DNA of 64,000 bases, from positions 224,001-288,000 of the forward strand of contig CAVWFS010000008.1 in the NCBI GenBank assembly GCA_963754315.1, given 5' to 3'. A program made the position numbers and the translations under genes. This DNA comes from an uncultured Candidatus Rokubacteria bacterium. Lineage in GTDB: Bacteria > Methylomirabilota > Methylomirabilia > Rokubacteriales > CSP1-6. The stretch's first letter is position 1; the number at the start of each line of letters is the position of its first letter. Below the pieces are notes generated by a model, which searched no databases, had not been told where the DNA came from, and worked only from the letters and a program-made list of their open reading frames with translations. Shown here piece after piece: positions 39,575-49,244 of this stretch.

Positions 39575-40813
39575 TCACGCGGTGGCGCCGGCGGGCTGGC
39601 GAGCCGTGCGCAGACGAGCCGGCCACCAGTGGTTTTCCCAGCCCTCGTCGTCCCAGATCTCCCTGAGGGCTGGCAAGACTTCGGCCGCCAGCAGGTCGAT
39701 GTTCTTCAAGGTCAACTCGTGCGGCATCGAGCCGATCTGCACGAGCAACATCAGGTTGCCCACGTGGAGTCCCTTGACCACTTCTTCGATCAGACGATCG
39801 CGCACCGTGGCGGGGCTGCCGGCGATGACATAACCCTTTTCCACGAAGTCGCGATAGCGCAGGGTCTTGGGATCCTCAGGACGCCGAACCGGATTGCGAT
39901 TGGTGGCGAGCAGACTGCGATAGTCCTGGTTGCCGGGCGGTGCGAACCAGTGGGCCGGCACGTGCAGACACTTGTGATAGAAGTACTCGACGTGGCGCGC
40001 GTACTCGGCCTCGGCTCGCGCGTCCGTCTCGGAGACCGCGACGAGCTGCAGGAAGCCGGCCCGGTAGGGATTGCGCTCCAGGCCCTTCCCTTCCACGACC
40101 TGCCAGTAGCCGTCCATCATGCTCTTGGCTGCCCTGGCGCCGGAGTAGCTCAGGAAGCAATAGCAGACGTTCCGCTCGGCGGCGAAGTCGAACGTGCTGA
40201 TGCTGCCAGAGCCCGGTACCCAGATGGGAGGATGTGGTTCCTGGATGGGGCGCGGCCACAGGTTCACCTGGCCCAGCTGAAAGTACTTCCCGTTCCAGGC
40301 GAAGATCTCCTTGGCTTGCCACGCCTTCAGCACGAGCTCGAAAGCCTCGCGATAGCGCTCTCGGTGCTCCATGGGAGTGATGCCGTACGCGAGGTTCACG
40401 TCCATCGGGCTCCCGAGGGGGAGTCCAGCGACCAGGCGCCCGCCGCTGATGCAATCGAGCATGCCGTACTCCTCGGCCACGCGGATAGGCGGGGTGGTCG
40501 TGGGGAGCGTCATTCCCATCTGAACGATGGCGACGTCCAGGTCGTTGGTCTGCTTCGCCAGCACGCTGCCCATCAGGTTGGGGCTTGGCATGAAGCCATA
40601 GGCGTTCTGGTGATGCTCGTTGGTACAGACGCCGTCGAACCCGGCCCGGGCCGCGTGGAGCAGCTCGTCGAGGGTCCAGTTGTAGTACTGGCCTACGCGT
40701 CGGGCATCCGCCAGCTCCCACCACGGCGGTGTCACCCACACGCTCGGATAGCGCTGCTCGAAGTTCGCGGGCAGCTCGCGGTGCGGCATCAGGTGGAACG
40801 CGCTGATCTTCAT
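39575..40813 (-). CDS. LLM-class flavin-dependent oxidoreductase/monooxygenase
   Basis: GFDG...NEHH, RVAEEYGMLD.ISGGRL, WPRP.Q.PHPP. Confidence 0.9.
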   Translation of the reverse strand: MKISAFHLMPHRELPANFEQRYPSVWVTPPWWELADARRVGQYYNWTLDELLHAARAGFDGVCTNEHHQNAYGFMPSPNLMGSVLAKQTNDLDVAIVQMGMTLPTTTPPIRVAEEYGMLDCISGGRLVAGLPLGSPMDVNLAYGITPMEHRERYREAFELVLKAWQAKEIFAWNGKYFQLGQVNLWPRPIQEPHPPIWVPGSGSISTFDFAAERNVCYCFLSYSGARAAKSMMDGYWQVVEGKGLERNPYRAGFLQLVAVSETDARAEAEYARHVEYFYHKCLHVPAHWFAPPGNQDYRSLLATNRNPVRRPEDPKTLRYRDFVEKGYVIAGSPATVRDRLIEEVVKGLHVGNLMLLVQIGSMPHELTLKNIDLLAAEVLPALREIWDDEGWENHWWPARLRTARQPAGATA

Positions 40814-40954
40814 CTCACACCCTCCGGGCTCTCGTGGCCACGGGCGACTGGTGGCTCGGGAATGACACCAGTGTATCTTTCTAGGGACTTCCCGTCACGG
40901 CCCGGGATCGGCTATATGCTGATCGATGAGGCAAGCCTGTCCTGGAGGGAGCAC

Positions 40955-41521
40955 ATGGCGGTCGAGGTGGAGCAGGCAAGAAGGCTATTCACCCGCCAGG
41001 AATACCACCGGATGGCCGAGGTGGGCATCCTCAAGCCCACCGATCGGGTCGAGCTGATCCGGGGCGAGATCGTCCAGATGTCACCCATCGGCCGGCGCCA
41101 CGTCGCATTCGTCAACAACTTGACCGAGCTTCTGGTCACCCGCCTGACCGGGCGGGCCACCGTGTCTGTCCAGAATCCGGTGGTGCTTGCCGACGATACC
41201 GAGCCCCAGCCCGACCTTGCCATCCTCCGCCGTCGGCCCGTGCCGTACAAAGACGCCGAGCCGACCACCGAAGACGCGCTTCTGCTGATCGAGGTGGCGG
41301 AGAGCTCGCTCGCGTACGACCGGTCGACCAAGCTTCGGCTCTACGCCGAGGCCGGGATTCCCGAGTACTGGGTGATCGACACTGTCGCAGAGACCGTGGA
41401 GATGTACCGCCAGCCTGGCGCCGACGGCTACAGGGATGCCCGCATTGTGGCGGGCGCGGGGGTGGTCATGCCGCTGGCCTTCCCGGATGTGTCGTTGACG
41501 CTTGCCGATATTTTCGCATAA
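40955..41521 (+). CDS. Uma2 family (PD-(D/E)XK) putative endonuclease
   Basis: FT..EYHRM, RVELIRGEI..MSP, EPQPD, IEVA, K..LYA.AGIPEYWVID; SD GGAGG. Confidence 0.92.
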   Translation: MAVEVEQARRLFTRQEYHRMAEVGILKPTDRVELIRGEIVQMSPIGRRHVAFVNNLTELLVTRLTGRATVSVQNPVVLADDTEPQPDLAILRRRPVPYKDAEPTTEDALLLIEVAESSLAYDRSTKLRLYAEAGIPEYWVIDTVAETVEMYRQPGADGYRDARIVAGAGVVMPLAFPDVSLTLADIFA

Positions 41522-41533
41522 GCGCCAGCCTGG

Positions 41534-42838
41534 TCACGACGGCTGGGCCAGGTCGGCCTTGGTGTACGGGATCGAGAAGGTCGCGTCGGCCGGGAGAGGC
41601 GGCATCGTGGCTTCCCACGCCGCATAGCACGCCCGCATCGTGGCCAGGCGCTCCGCCTGGTGCCGGGCACGGTTTGCACGCTCGCGCTGATCCTGGGAGA
41701 GATCGAATAGAAACTCGTCCCCATCGAGCGAGAGGTACTTCCAGTCTCCTCTACGCATGGCCCTCTGATTGCGGAACTTCATCCGCCAGTAGAGGTCGCG
41801 TTCGATGCGTAGCTCGGGATTGGCCAGCACTGGCAGCAGGCTGATGCCGTCCAGGGGGTAGTCGGGGTGAGGTTCCACACCCGCCGACTTTAGGATCGTG
41901 GCCACCCAGTCCATCGTGATGGCGAGCTGGCTGGTGGTGCGTCCGGCGGGCAGCCGCGACGGCCAGCGCACGATGTAGGGCACCCGGATGCCGCCCTCGA
42001 GCAGGTCCATCTTCTTGCCCACCAGTGGCCAGGTGTCGGAGTAGCGTTCGCCGCCGTTGTCGCTGGTGAAGACCACCAGTGTCTCCTCAACGGCGCCGAT
42101 TCGCTCGAGCGCGCCAAGCACCTGACCGATGCCCTCGTCCATGTGCTGGATCATCGTGAGGTAGGTCTGGACCGAGCCGCCGTCGGTATGCGAGATCCGC
42201 TCGAGCGTCCGGGCCAGGGCCTCGTCGTCGCGCGTTTCCCAGGGCCAGTGAGGTGCTGTGTAGTGAAGCGACAGAAAGAAGGGAGCGCGGCGGCCGGCTT
42301 GACGGCGGACGAAATCCGCCGCGCGCTCGGAGATGAGATCGGTGAGATACCCGCTGCGCTGGGCCTCGCTCTCGCCTTCATACAGGTCGTATTGCCCCGC
42401 CGAGTCTCGATGCGTGAAATAGTCGACACCGCCGCTCATGGGACCGAAGAACTCCTCGTATCCGCTCTGCAAGGGGCCGAAGTGGGGCAGAAAACCCAGG
42501 TGCCACTTGCCGACGAGCGCCGTGGCATAGCCAGCCTCGCGCAGCAGTGATGGCAGGGTAGGGTGCGCTGGCGGCAGGCCGAGGACGGCGTTACCCCGAT
42601 GACGGCTGGCAATGGGCTCGTCATTGCCGCCGCGCAGACGGTACTGAAAGCGTCCGGTCATCAACGCGAAGCGCGTGGGCGAGCACACCGGGGAGTTGGC
42701 GTAGCCGTGGGTGAAGCGCAGGCCGTCTGCCGCCAACCTGTCGAGCGTGGGCGAGCACGACGAACGCCCCCCGTAGCACCCGAGGTCTGCGTAGCCGAGA
42801 TCGTCGGCAAGAATGAACACGATGTTGGGTCGAGTCAT
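41534..42838 (-). CDS. Cys-type sulfatase
   Basis: RPNIVFILADDLG, CSPTR (CxPxR), GKWHLG, SDNG. Confidence 0.93.
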   Translation of the reverse strand: MTRPNIVFILADDLGYADLGCYGGRSSCSPTLDRLAADGLRFTHGYANSPVCSPTRFALMTGRFQYRLRGGNDEPIASRHRGNAVLGLPPAHPTLPSLLREAGYATALVGKWHLGFLPHFGPLQSGYEEFFGPMSGGVDYFTHRDSAGQYDLYEGESEAQRSGYLTDLISERAADFVRRQAGRRAPFFLSLHYTAPHWPWETRDDEALARTLERISHTDGGSVQTYLTMIQHMDEGIGQVLGALERIGAVEETLVVFTSDNGGERYSDTWPLVGKKMDLLEGGIRVPYIVRWPSRLPAGRTTSQLAITMDWVATILKSAGVEPHPDYPLDGISLLPVLANPELRIERDLYWRMKFRNQRAMRRGDWKYLSLDGDEFLFDLSQDQRERANRARHQAERLATMRACYAAWEATMPPLPADATFSIPYTKADLAQPS

Positions 42839-43030
42839 CGATCCTCCGTCCTCATTGTCGGCTCCAGGCTCAGGCCGAGCCGCTCGGCCAGCCGCTGGGT
42901 GCGCTCGACGAGTCGGGGCGCGCGCATCGTCACAAACAGGTCTTGAGCGGTGCGGAGGTCGGTGGCGGCGGCATCCCGGTCGCCTCGTGCCGCGCGAACT
43001 TCGGCCAGGGGTCTCGCGGCCTACTTCGCG
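42835..43030 (-). pseudogene. C-terminal remnant of a TPR-like helical protein
   Basis: LAEVRAARGDRDAAATDLRTAQDLFVTMRAPRLVERTQRLAERLGL...* with no start; stop overlaps the sulfatase ATG. Confidence 0.55.
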
Positions 43031-43044
43031 ACCCAGCGGGAACG

Positions 43045-43869
43045 CTAGCCCTGCATGAAGCCGTTCAGCTCCGGCGTGGCCAGGGACGAATCGAGGTATC
43101 CGAACGTGCCCTTGTCCTTCACCTCGCGGGCAGCATTGAGCAAGCCACTCATGGCGGCTCGGTAGAGGGAGGTGGCGAGGCTGATTCGCCTGACACCCGC
43201 AGTCTCCAGCTCGGCCACCGTGAACGATTTGCCTTTGATGCCGACCATGAAGTTGAAGGGTTTGGACAGCGCCGTGCAAACCGTCCGGACCGCGGCCAGG
43301 TCGGGCAGGCCTGGGGCGAAGAGCACGTCGGCCCCCGCCCGCTCGAACGCCTGCAGGCGCTTGATCGTATCGTCAAGGTTCGGGTTGCCGCGGAGGAAGT
43401 TCTCCGCGCGGGCGGTCAGGGTGAAGGCGAAGGGGAGCGCACGTGCCGCCTGCACGGCCGCCGCCACCCGTTCCGTCGCGTGGCCGATGTCATAGAGTGG
43501 GCGGTCTGGATTGCCCGTCGCGTCCTCGATGGAGCCGCCGACCAGGCCCACCCCGGCGGCGAGGCGAATGGTTTCCGCCGCCGCTTCCGGGGAGTCTCCG
43601 AAGCCTTTTTCCAGATCGGCCGAGACCGGGAGATCTGTCGCCGTCACGATGGCGTGCGCATGGGCGAGTGCCTCGTCGCGCGTCACCTTACCGTCACGCC
43701 GCCCGAGGATGCCGGCGGAGGCTCCGCTCGATGTGGCCAGTGCCCGAAAGCCGAGACCGGCCAGGATGCGGGCCGAGCCGGCATCCCACGGATTGGGAAT
43801 CACGAAAGCGCCAGGTCCTTGGTGCAGCGCGCAGAAGCGGCCGGCCTTGTCACTCTGACTTGCCGTCAT
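43045..43869 (-). CDS. Isocitrate lyase/PEP mutase family protein
   Basis: PNPWD.GSA, ATSS, VSADLE.G, SIED, ARAE, GAD.LFAPG. Confidence 0.92.
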   Translation of the reverse strand: MTASQSDKAGRFCALHQGPGAFVIPNPWDAGSARILAGLGFRALATSSGASAGILGRRDGKVTRDEALAHAHAIVTATDLPVSADLEKGFGDSPEAAAETIRLAAGVGLVGGSIEDATGNPDRPLYDIGHATERVAAAVQAARALPFAFTLTARAENFLRGNPNLDDTIKRLQAFERAGADVLFAPGLPDLAAVRTVCTALSKPFNFMVGIKGKSFTVAELETAGVRRISLATSLYRAAMSGLLNAAREVKDKGTFGYLDSSLATPELNGFMQG

Positions 43870-43898
43870 GGGGTCCTCCGGATATCAGGCAATCATCG

Positions 43899-45689
43899 CT
43901 ACCAGGCAAGCGCGTAGGTCGGCCGACGTGGATCGGCGCCGGCCGAGAGGACGCCGGTGTCCCGGTCGCGGTGGGTCACCACGGCGCCGACACCGCAAGC
44001 GCCCGTCTCGGTGACGGTGTGGCCGAGCGCGCGGAGGGCGGCGCGGGTGCTTTCGGAGATGCCCGGCTCGACATTGAGCTGGCCTGGTCGGTAGACGCGC
44101 GGATAGAACGAGTTGACCAATGTCTGGGTCGAGAAGCGGGGGGCTTCCACCGCCTGCTGCGGATTCATCCCGAAGACCAGGACGTTGAGGACGAGCTGCA
44201 GGTCCGCTTGGGCCTGATCATCACCCCCCGGGCAGCCGATGGTGATGGTCGGCACGCCGTCCTCACAGATGAGGTAGCTCACCAGGGTCGTGCGGGGGCG
44301 CTTGCCTGGGGTGAGGGCATTGGGATGACCGTCAGCGAGGACGAACATTTCGCTCCGCGTGCTGAGCGTGCACCCAAGCTCGGGGGCGAAGGCGGACTTT
44401 CTGAACACACCGCCGCTCGGAGTCAGGCAGATCATGTTGCCGTCGCGGTCGATCGCGGCGATGTGGGTCGTGCCGTCAGCGGCGGGCGACATCGACGTCC
44501 CCACCGACCGCGGAATTGCCTTCTCACCTGGAGGTGCAGCGTCCCGCGGCCCGATATCCCCGGGCGGGGGCGCCTCGGGGGCGGCACGATCCATGCGAAT
44601 GAGGGCGGCCCGTTCTCGCGCGTAGGCGGCCGATAGCAGGGTGGTCAGGGGGACCGACTTGGAGTCGCCGTAATACCGTTCGCGGTCGGCAAAGGCCAGC
44701 TTGAGCGCTTCCGTGATCACGTGGATGTAGCGCGGTGTGTTGTGCCCGAGGGCACGGAGATCGAGCGGGGCGAGCATGGCCAGTGCTTGCATGAGCACGG
44801 GTCCTTGGGTCCATGCCGATTGACCGAGAACCTCCCGGCCCGCGAAAGTGGTCCGCAGGGGTGGCTCGAAGCCGGCCCGGTATCCGGCCAGATCACTCGC
44901 GCGCAAGAGACCGCCCAGCCGTTCGGAGAAGCCTCCGATGGCCGCAGCAATGTCACCGCCGTAGAAGCGTTCTCGCGCGGCCACGATGCCGGCTGTTCGG
45001 TGGCCGCGACCTCGCGTGTCGGCCTCGACGAGCCGCCGCAAGGTGGCGGCGAGAGCCGGTTGCACGAACAGGTCGCCTACCGCGGGCACTCGACCCCCAG
45101 GGTAGAAGACGTCGGCACCTCCTGGCGGGTACACCTCGAACTGGTCCCGGGTCTCGGGAACGGCGAGCAGGCGGTGCATGTACTCGTACATCGGAAAGCC
45201 GCGCTCGGCGTAGTGCACGGCCGGCGCCAGCACCTCGCTGAGGGTCTTGGTGCCGTGCGCTTCGAGCACGGTCAAGTACGCATCGACAGCGCCCGGTACT
45301 GTGAACGACAGGTGAGCTTGCGGACCGGGCCCGGTCGGGATGCGATCGAGGCGACGTTCACGGAAGAATCCGAGTGTCGCCAAGGCTGGCGCCACACCCT
45401 GGCCGCTCACGGCCAGGGTCTCGCGCAACCGGGTGTCGTGGATCAGGGCGACGCACTCGCCACACAGCGTGTAGGATGCCGTCGGCTCCACCACGGCCGC
45501 GGCAAAGCCGGCGGCCACCGCCGCGTCGAAGGCGTTGCCTCCCGCGAGAAGCATGCGCATGCCGGCCATCGATACCAGAGGATGACCGGCGGCGACGATC
45601 CCCTGCGTGCCCGACACAACGGGTCGCGTGGTCGTCCAGTCTCTCGTGTGGTGCTCTGCCTCGTGGATTCGCCCTTTCGCTGTCGTCAT
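43899..45689 (-). CDS. Gamma-glutamyltransferase family Ntn hydrolase
   Basis: GGNAFDAAVA, TVPG, LKLAFADR, nucleophile in DG-TTH, PGKRPRTTL, ADPRR. Confidence 0.92.
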   Translation of the reverse strand: MTTAKGRIHEAEHHTRDWTTTRPVVSGTQGIVAAGHPLVSMAGMRMLLAGGNAFDAAVAAGFAAAVVEPTASYTLCGECVALIHDTRLRETLAVSGQGVAPALATLGFFRERRLDRIPTGPGPQAHLSFTVPGAVDAYLTVLEAHGTKTLSEVLAPAVHYAERGFPMYEYMHRLLAVPETRDQFEVYPPGGADVFYPGGRVPAVGDLFVQPALAATLRRLVEADTRGRGHRTAGIVAARERFYGGDIAAAIGGFSERLGGLLRASDLAGYRAGFEPPLRTTFAGREVLGQSAWTQGPVLMQALAMLAPLDLRALGHNTPRYIHVITEALKLAFADRERYYGDSKSVPLTTLLSAAYARERAALIRMDRAAPEAPPPGDIGPRDAAPPGEKAIPRSVGTSMSPAADGTTHIAAIDRDGNMICLTPSGGVFRKSAFAPELGCTLSTRSEMFVLADGHPNALTPGKRPRTTLVSYLICEDGVPTITIGCPGGDDQAQADLQLVLNVLVFGMNPQQAVEAPRFSTQTLVNSFYPRVYRPGQLNVEPGISESTRAALRALGHTVTETGACGVGAVVTHRDRDTGVLSAGADPRRPTYALAW

Positions 45690-45732
45690 CAGCTCACCTC
45701 ACGTGACCCATAGCCACCCTACCACGTCTCGC

Positions 45733-46071
45733 TCAGCGCCTTGCCCGCGCAGCGACCGCGAAGGCCAGGAAATACCGGTCGAGCCCCTCCAGCGTCGTGC
45801 CGTACTCGCTCCCCCCTTGCGCGGCATCGCAGAGCAGCTCCCGCGCCCGAGCAATCTCCCGGAGCCGGTGGCGCCAGCGGGCATCGGCCAAGGTGAGGTC
45901 GAGCAGCTCGAGCGCACGGATGAAGGCGGCCGTCGCCAAGCGCTCGTCGCGTTCCTTCCAGCGGAGCATTCGTCCCACCTCGCTACCCACGTTACCGAGC
46001 TGCTCCGCCAGCGAGAGCGTTCCCCACTTGCCCGCCGCCTGCTCGGGGTGCCGGTACACGGGCTCTGTCAC
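45733..46071 (-). CDS. Conserved hypothetical helical protein
   Basis: W..LSLAEQLGNVGSEV.R...RALEL.DLT..D...LREI.R.RE...D; GTG 46071 overlaps the upstream stop. Confidence 0.75.
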   Translation of the reverse strand: MTEPVYRHPEQAAGKWGTLSLAEQLGNVGSEVGRMLRWKERDERLATAAFIRALELLDLTLADARWRHRLREIARARELLCDAAQGGSEYGTTLEGLDRYFLAFAVAARARR

Positions 46072-46225
46072 GGGACGACCAGTCTTGTCACGATGTTTTG
46101 CCATTGATGGCTATCAATTCTTGCTCCACGTCCACCACGGCCTTCACGAAGTCCCCGAACTGCTCGTGCGCCATCCGGCGGATCTCGTGGAGAGAAATGG
46201 GGGTGCGGACGACCTCGATGGACAT
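46068..46225 (-). pseudogene. DUF5674-like gene with internal deletion
   Basis: With a 1-base fix: MSIEVVRTPISLHEIRRMAHEQFGDFVKAVVDVEQELIAING, jumping to C-terminal-like QNIVTRLVVP*; family assignment from recalled FGD.VKAVVD motif. Confidence 0.65.
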
Positions 46226-46279
46226 GGCGGTCGATGATAACGCGCCCCCAGCGCTCGCGTCCGTTTCATCGGGTGCCGA

Positions 46280-46993
46280 TCACGAGGGTTCGTCCAGCTC
46301 GAAGTACACCCGACGATTTGCCTTGCCCTTGTTCTCGCACTTGGTGAGCCGGAGCCGACCGATCTCGCGCAGACTGGCTACGTGGCAACCACCATCGGCC
46401 TGGACGTCGAAGCCCCCGATGTCGACCAGACGTAGCTCGGGCAGGTCGTGGCGAAACGTGGTCTCCAGCTTGAACAGCTCAGGTCGCGCCCGCGCCTCGG
46501 CGGCGGGCACGAAGGAGATCCGCACCGGCAGGTCCTGCGCGATCAGCGCGTTGGCGCGACGGAATCCCTCCTCCAGCACCTCGCGGTCAAACTGCTCGAA
46601 GGCAAAGTCGACACGTGCCTTGTCTGGTGTGAGCTGATTGCCCGTGACTCGTACCTGGTAGTCCTTGAACATCAGCCCGGTGAGCACGTGCGTGGCCGTG
46701 TGATAGCGCATCAACAGATAGCGGCGGCTCCAGTCCAGGCGCCCCGTGACGGGGTTACCCACCGCCAGGCCACCACGATCCAGGCGGTGCACGACGTCCT
46801 CGTCGTCCAGTGTCTCGACCACGCGGTAGGTTTCACCGCCGGGCCCGGTCAGCGCGCCTTCGTCCCCCAGCACCCCGCCCCCGCTGGGAAAGAAGGCCGT
46901 GCGGTCGAGGACGACACCCTCGGGCCGCACGGCCGCCACTCGCGCCTCAAAGGTCTCGAGGTAGCTGTCTCGCTGGTAGAGCCGGTCGGTCAT
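46280..46993 (-). CDS. alaX: Alanyl-tRNA editing protein AlaX (AlaX-M type)
   Basis: LY..DSYL..F.A, LDRTAFFP.GGG..GD.G, RRY.LMRYHTATH, ADGGCHV, NKGK.NRR. Confidence 0.9.
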   Translation of the reverse strand: MTDRLYQRDSYLETFEARVAAVRPEGVVLDRTAFFPSGGGVLGDEGALTGPGGETYRVVETLDDEDVVHRLDRGGLAVGNPVTGRLDWSRRYLLMRYHTATHVLTGLMFKDYQVRVTGNQLTPDKARVDFAFEQFDREVLEEGFRRANALIAQDLPVRISFVPAAEARARPELFKLETTFRHDLPELRLVDIGGFDVQADGGCHVASLREIGRLRLTKCENKGKANRRVYFELDEPS

Positions 46994-48189
46994 CAGCGCC
47001 GGGCGGCAAGGTCAGCCTTCCGGAAATCCGCCTCGGTGAAGCCGTAGAGGTGCGCGCCTCCCTTGAGGATCTGGGCCGCGATCTCTCGCGGGACGTTCTT
47101 GAGAAGGTTGTCGGCCACGTGCGGGAAGTTGGAATCGAAGTGTGGGTAGTCGGTCGAGATGCACATGCGATCGGCCCCCATGAGGCCAGCCGTTGCCTCG
47201 ATCTCCGGCTCGCTCCCCTCCACCGCCGCCCAGCAGTTGCGCCGGAAATACTCCCGCGGCGTCAAGGTGAGATACGGGGCGTGCGAGTCGCGGTACTGCG
47301 GATAGTCCCACTCGATGCGCGACAGCAGACCGGGCACCCAGGAGTTCTGCGCTTCCAGGAAGCCCACGCGTAGCTTGGGATGGAACTCGAAGACCCCTCC
47401 GATGATCATGGCGATCAACGCCTGCTGCATCTCGATCCAGTGGCTGGCCACGTGTCGGTAGAAGCGGTTCTCGCCGTACAGCGGGATCATGCGAGAGTAG
47501 ACGGCGCTCACGCCCTCGTGAAAGCCCCAGGTCACGTCGAGATCCTCGTGCACGCTGTAGAGCGGGTCCCAGTAGTTCGAGTGCCAGTACCGCCCGTTGA
47601 CAAGGTTGGGCCGGACGAAGGATCCCACCGCGCCCAGCTCTCGCACGCACCGGATGAGCTCTCGGCAGGCCATGTGGACGTCATGCACGGGCAGCATCGC
47701 CACGAACTTCAGCCGGTCCGGACTATACCGGCAGAATTCATGGATCCAGTTGTTGTAGGCCTGGCAAACGGCAAGGGAGAGCTGCGGATCGAGGTTGTCA
47801 CGGGCGATGAGGGAGAGGCCGGTTGTGGGATACAGCACCGCAATGTCGACGCCTTCCATCTCCATGCCCATCACCTGGGCCTCGGGGTTGTAATCGCGCT
47901 CGACAGCAAAGTCCAGCCGGCCGGTGTCGGCGAGCCGGGATCCTGACAAAGGTTGGGTGCTCTGGGTCGGCCCGGGCCGGCGCCGCTTTCGATACTGCTG
48001 AATATCGGTGTCCGTGGTGGGCAGGCCATCGATCACGGTCGCGCCGAACATGCCGCGGGCGGGGCGCCCGTCGGCTCCCACGGGAACGCTGACGCGATCC
48101 TTGAATCGTGGATCCAGATAGCGGTCGAAGAGATCGGGCGGCTCCATGATGTGCATGTCGGAGTCAACGAACCGGAGTCCATCCTTCAT
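46993..48189 (-). CDS. Amidohydrolase family 2 protein
   Basis: DSDMHIMEP, AYNNW, FH, FLE, STDYPH. Confidence 0.9.
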   Translation of the reverse strand: MKDGLRFVDSDMHIMEPPDLFDRYLDPRFKDRVSVPVGADGRPARGMFGATVIDGLPTTDTDIQQYRKRRRPGPTQSTQPLSGSRLADTGRLDFAVERDYNPEAQVMGMEMEGVDIAVLYPTTGLSLIARDNLDPQLSLAVCQAYNNWIHEFCRYSPDRLKFVAMLPVHDVHMACRELIRCVRELGAVGSFVRPNLVNGRYWHSNYWDPLYSVHEDLDVTWGFHEGVSAVYSRMIPLYGENRFYRHVASHWIEMQQALIAMIIGGVFEFHPKLRVGFLEAQNSWVPGLLSRIEWDYPQYRDSHAPYLTLTPREYFRRNCWAAVEGSEPEIEATAGLMGADRMCISTDYPHFDSNFPHVADNLLKNVPREIAAQILKGGAHLYGFTEADFRKADLAARR

Positions 48190-48265
48190 GGCACGCTCCT
48201 CATCGTGTGATATGTCTCGGCTCAACCGCGTGTATCGGCGCACCTGCGCGGCGCCACCGGCCACG

Positions 48266-48294
48266 ATGATGAGCCGACCGTGGGCGAGCGTCAA
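48266..48294 (-). promoter_or_regulatory. Putative sigma70 promoter for amidohydrolase-alaX
   Basis: Minus strand TTGACG - 17 nt - CATCAT. Confidence 0.45.
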
Positions 48295-48334
48295 GCTCCC
48301 AGCCGCGTGCTGTCAGGAGTGCTCCGCCCGGGGG

Positions 48335-49150
48335 CTACTCCGCGAACTGGGCGCCCCGCCAGCGCAGCGCCGCTCCCAGACCGTCCTTCTCCCTGATCTC
48401 ATCGAACTTCGTCCCGACCTCGGTTCTCGCCGCATAGAGCGGGGCCACCACGTCGAGCCCGGCGCGGATGGCGTTGCGCAACCCGGCCGCGTCGGCGCCG
48501 CGGTTAATGGCGAGCTTGGTCCCCGCGAGCGACTCAGGTGAGATGAGGGCGAGCCGTCTGGCGAACTTGAGGGTGGCCGCAGCCAGCTCCGCGCGGGGCA
48601 CCACGCGGTTGACCATGCCGTACTCGAGTGCGGTCCGCGCGTCGATGGTGTCGCCCAGGTACAGCAGCTCGCGTGCCCGCTTGAGGCCAATGACGAAGGG
48701 CATGATCAGCGCCGGGCCGACGTTGGAGAAGCGGATCTCGGGTTCCCCGAACACGGCGTCGTCGGCGGCGATGGTCAGGTCACACAGCATGGCCAGCTCG
48801 CAGCCGCCACCGAGACAGTGGCCCTGCACGGACGCGACGACCGGTTTCCTCATGTCCCAGGGTGTCATCTCGAGCGCGACATCGTCACTGAGCGACTCGT
48901 GCCAGGCGAGCGCATTGTGGCGCCGAGCGGCCCGCCCCGGGTTGGGCGCGATGTCGTAGCCGGCGCAGAAGCTTCGGCCTTCGGCGCGTAGCACCACGAC
49001 GGCGGTGACGGGGTCACGGTCGGCCTCGTGCAGGCGCTCCACGAGCGCATGCTTCAGATCGGCGCTGATGGCGTTGAGCTTGTCGGGGCGGTTGAGGGAC
49101 ACGATGCCCACACGGCCGTCGACGGCGTAGGTCACGAGTGGCGTGGTCAT
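48335..49150 (-). CDS. Enoyl-CoA hydratase/isomerase family protein
   Basis: LNRPDKLNA, FCAGYD, GHCLGGG.EL...CD, FGEPE. Confidence 0.93.
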   Translation of the reverse strand: MTTPLVTYAVDGRVGIVSLNRPDKLNAISADLKHALVERLHEADRDPVTAVVVLRAEGRSFCAGYDIAPNPGRAARRHNALAWHESLSDDVALEMTPWDMRKPVVASVQGHCLGGGCELAMLCDLTIAADDAVFGEPEIRFSNVGPALIMPFVIGLKRARELLYLGDTIDARTALEYGMVNRVVPRAELAAATLKFARRLALISPESLAGTKLAINRGADAAGLRNAIRAGLDVVAPLYAARTEVGTKFDEIREKDGLGAALRWRGAQFAE

Positions 49151-49244
49151 AGCAAGCTCCTTACGGGTCTCGGTTCAGGACGATGGCGGCCATTGTAATC
49201 GGTGGCCTCGCTCCGTAAGGTAGGCAGCCTGGGAGGGACGACCA

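Noticed and set aside
39554..41521. 655-aa Uma2 fusion protein
   Set aside because: The N-terminal part is antisense to the LLM gene; the real gene starts at ATG 40955 with an SD.
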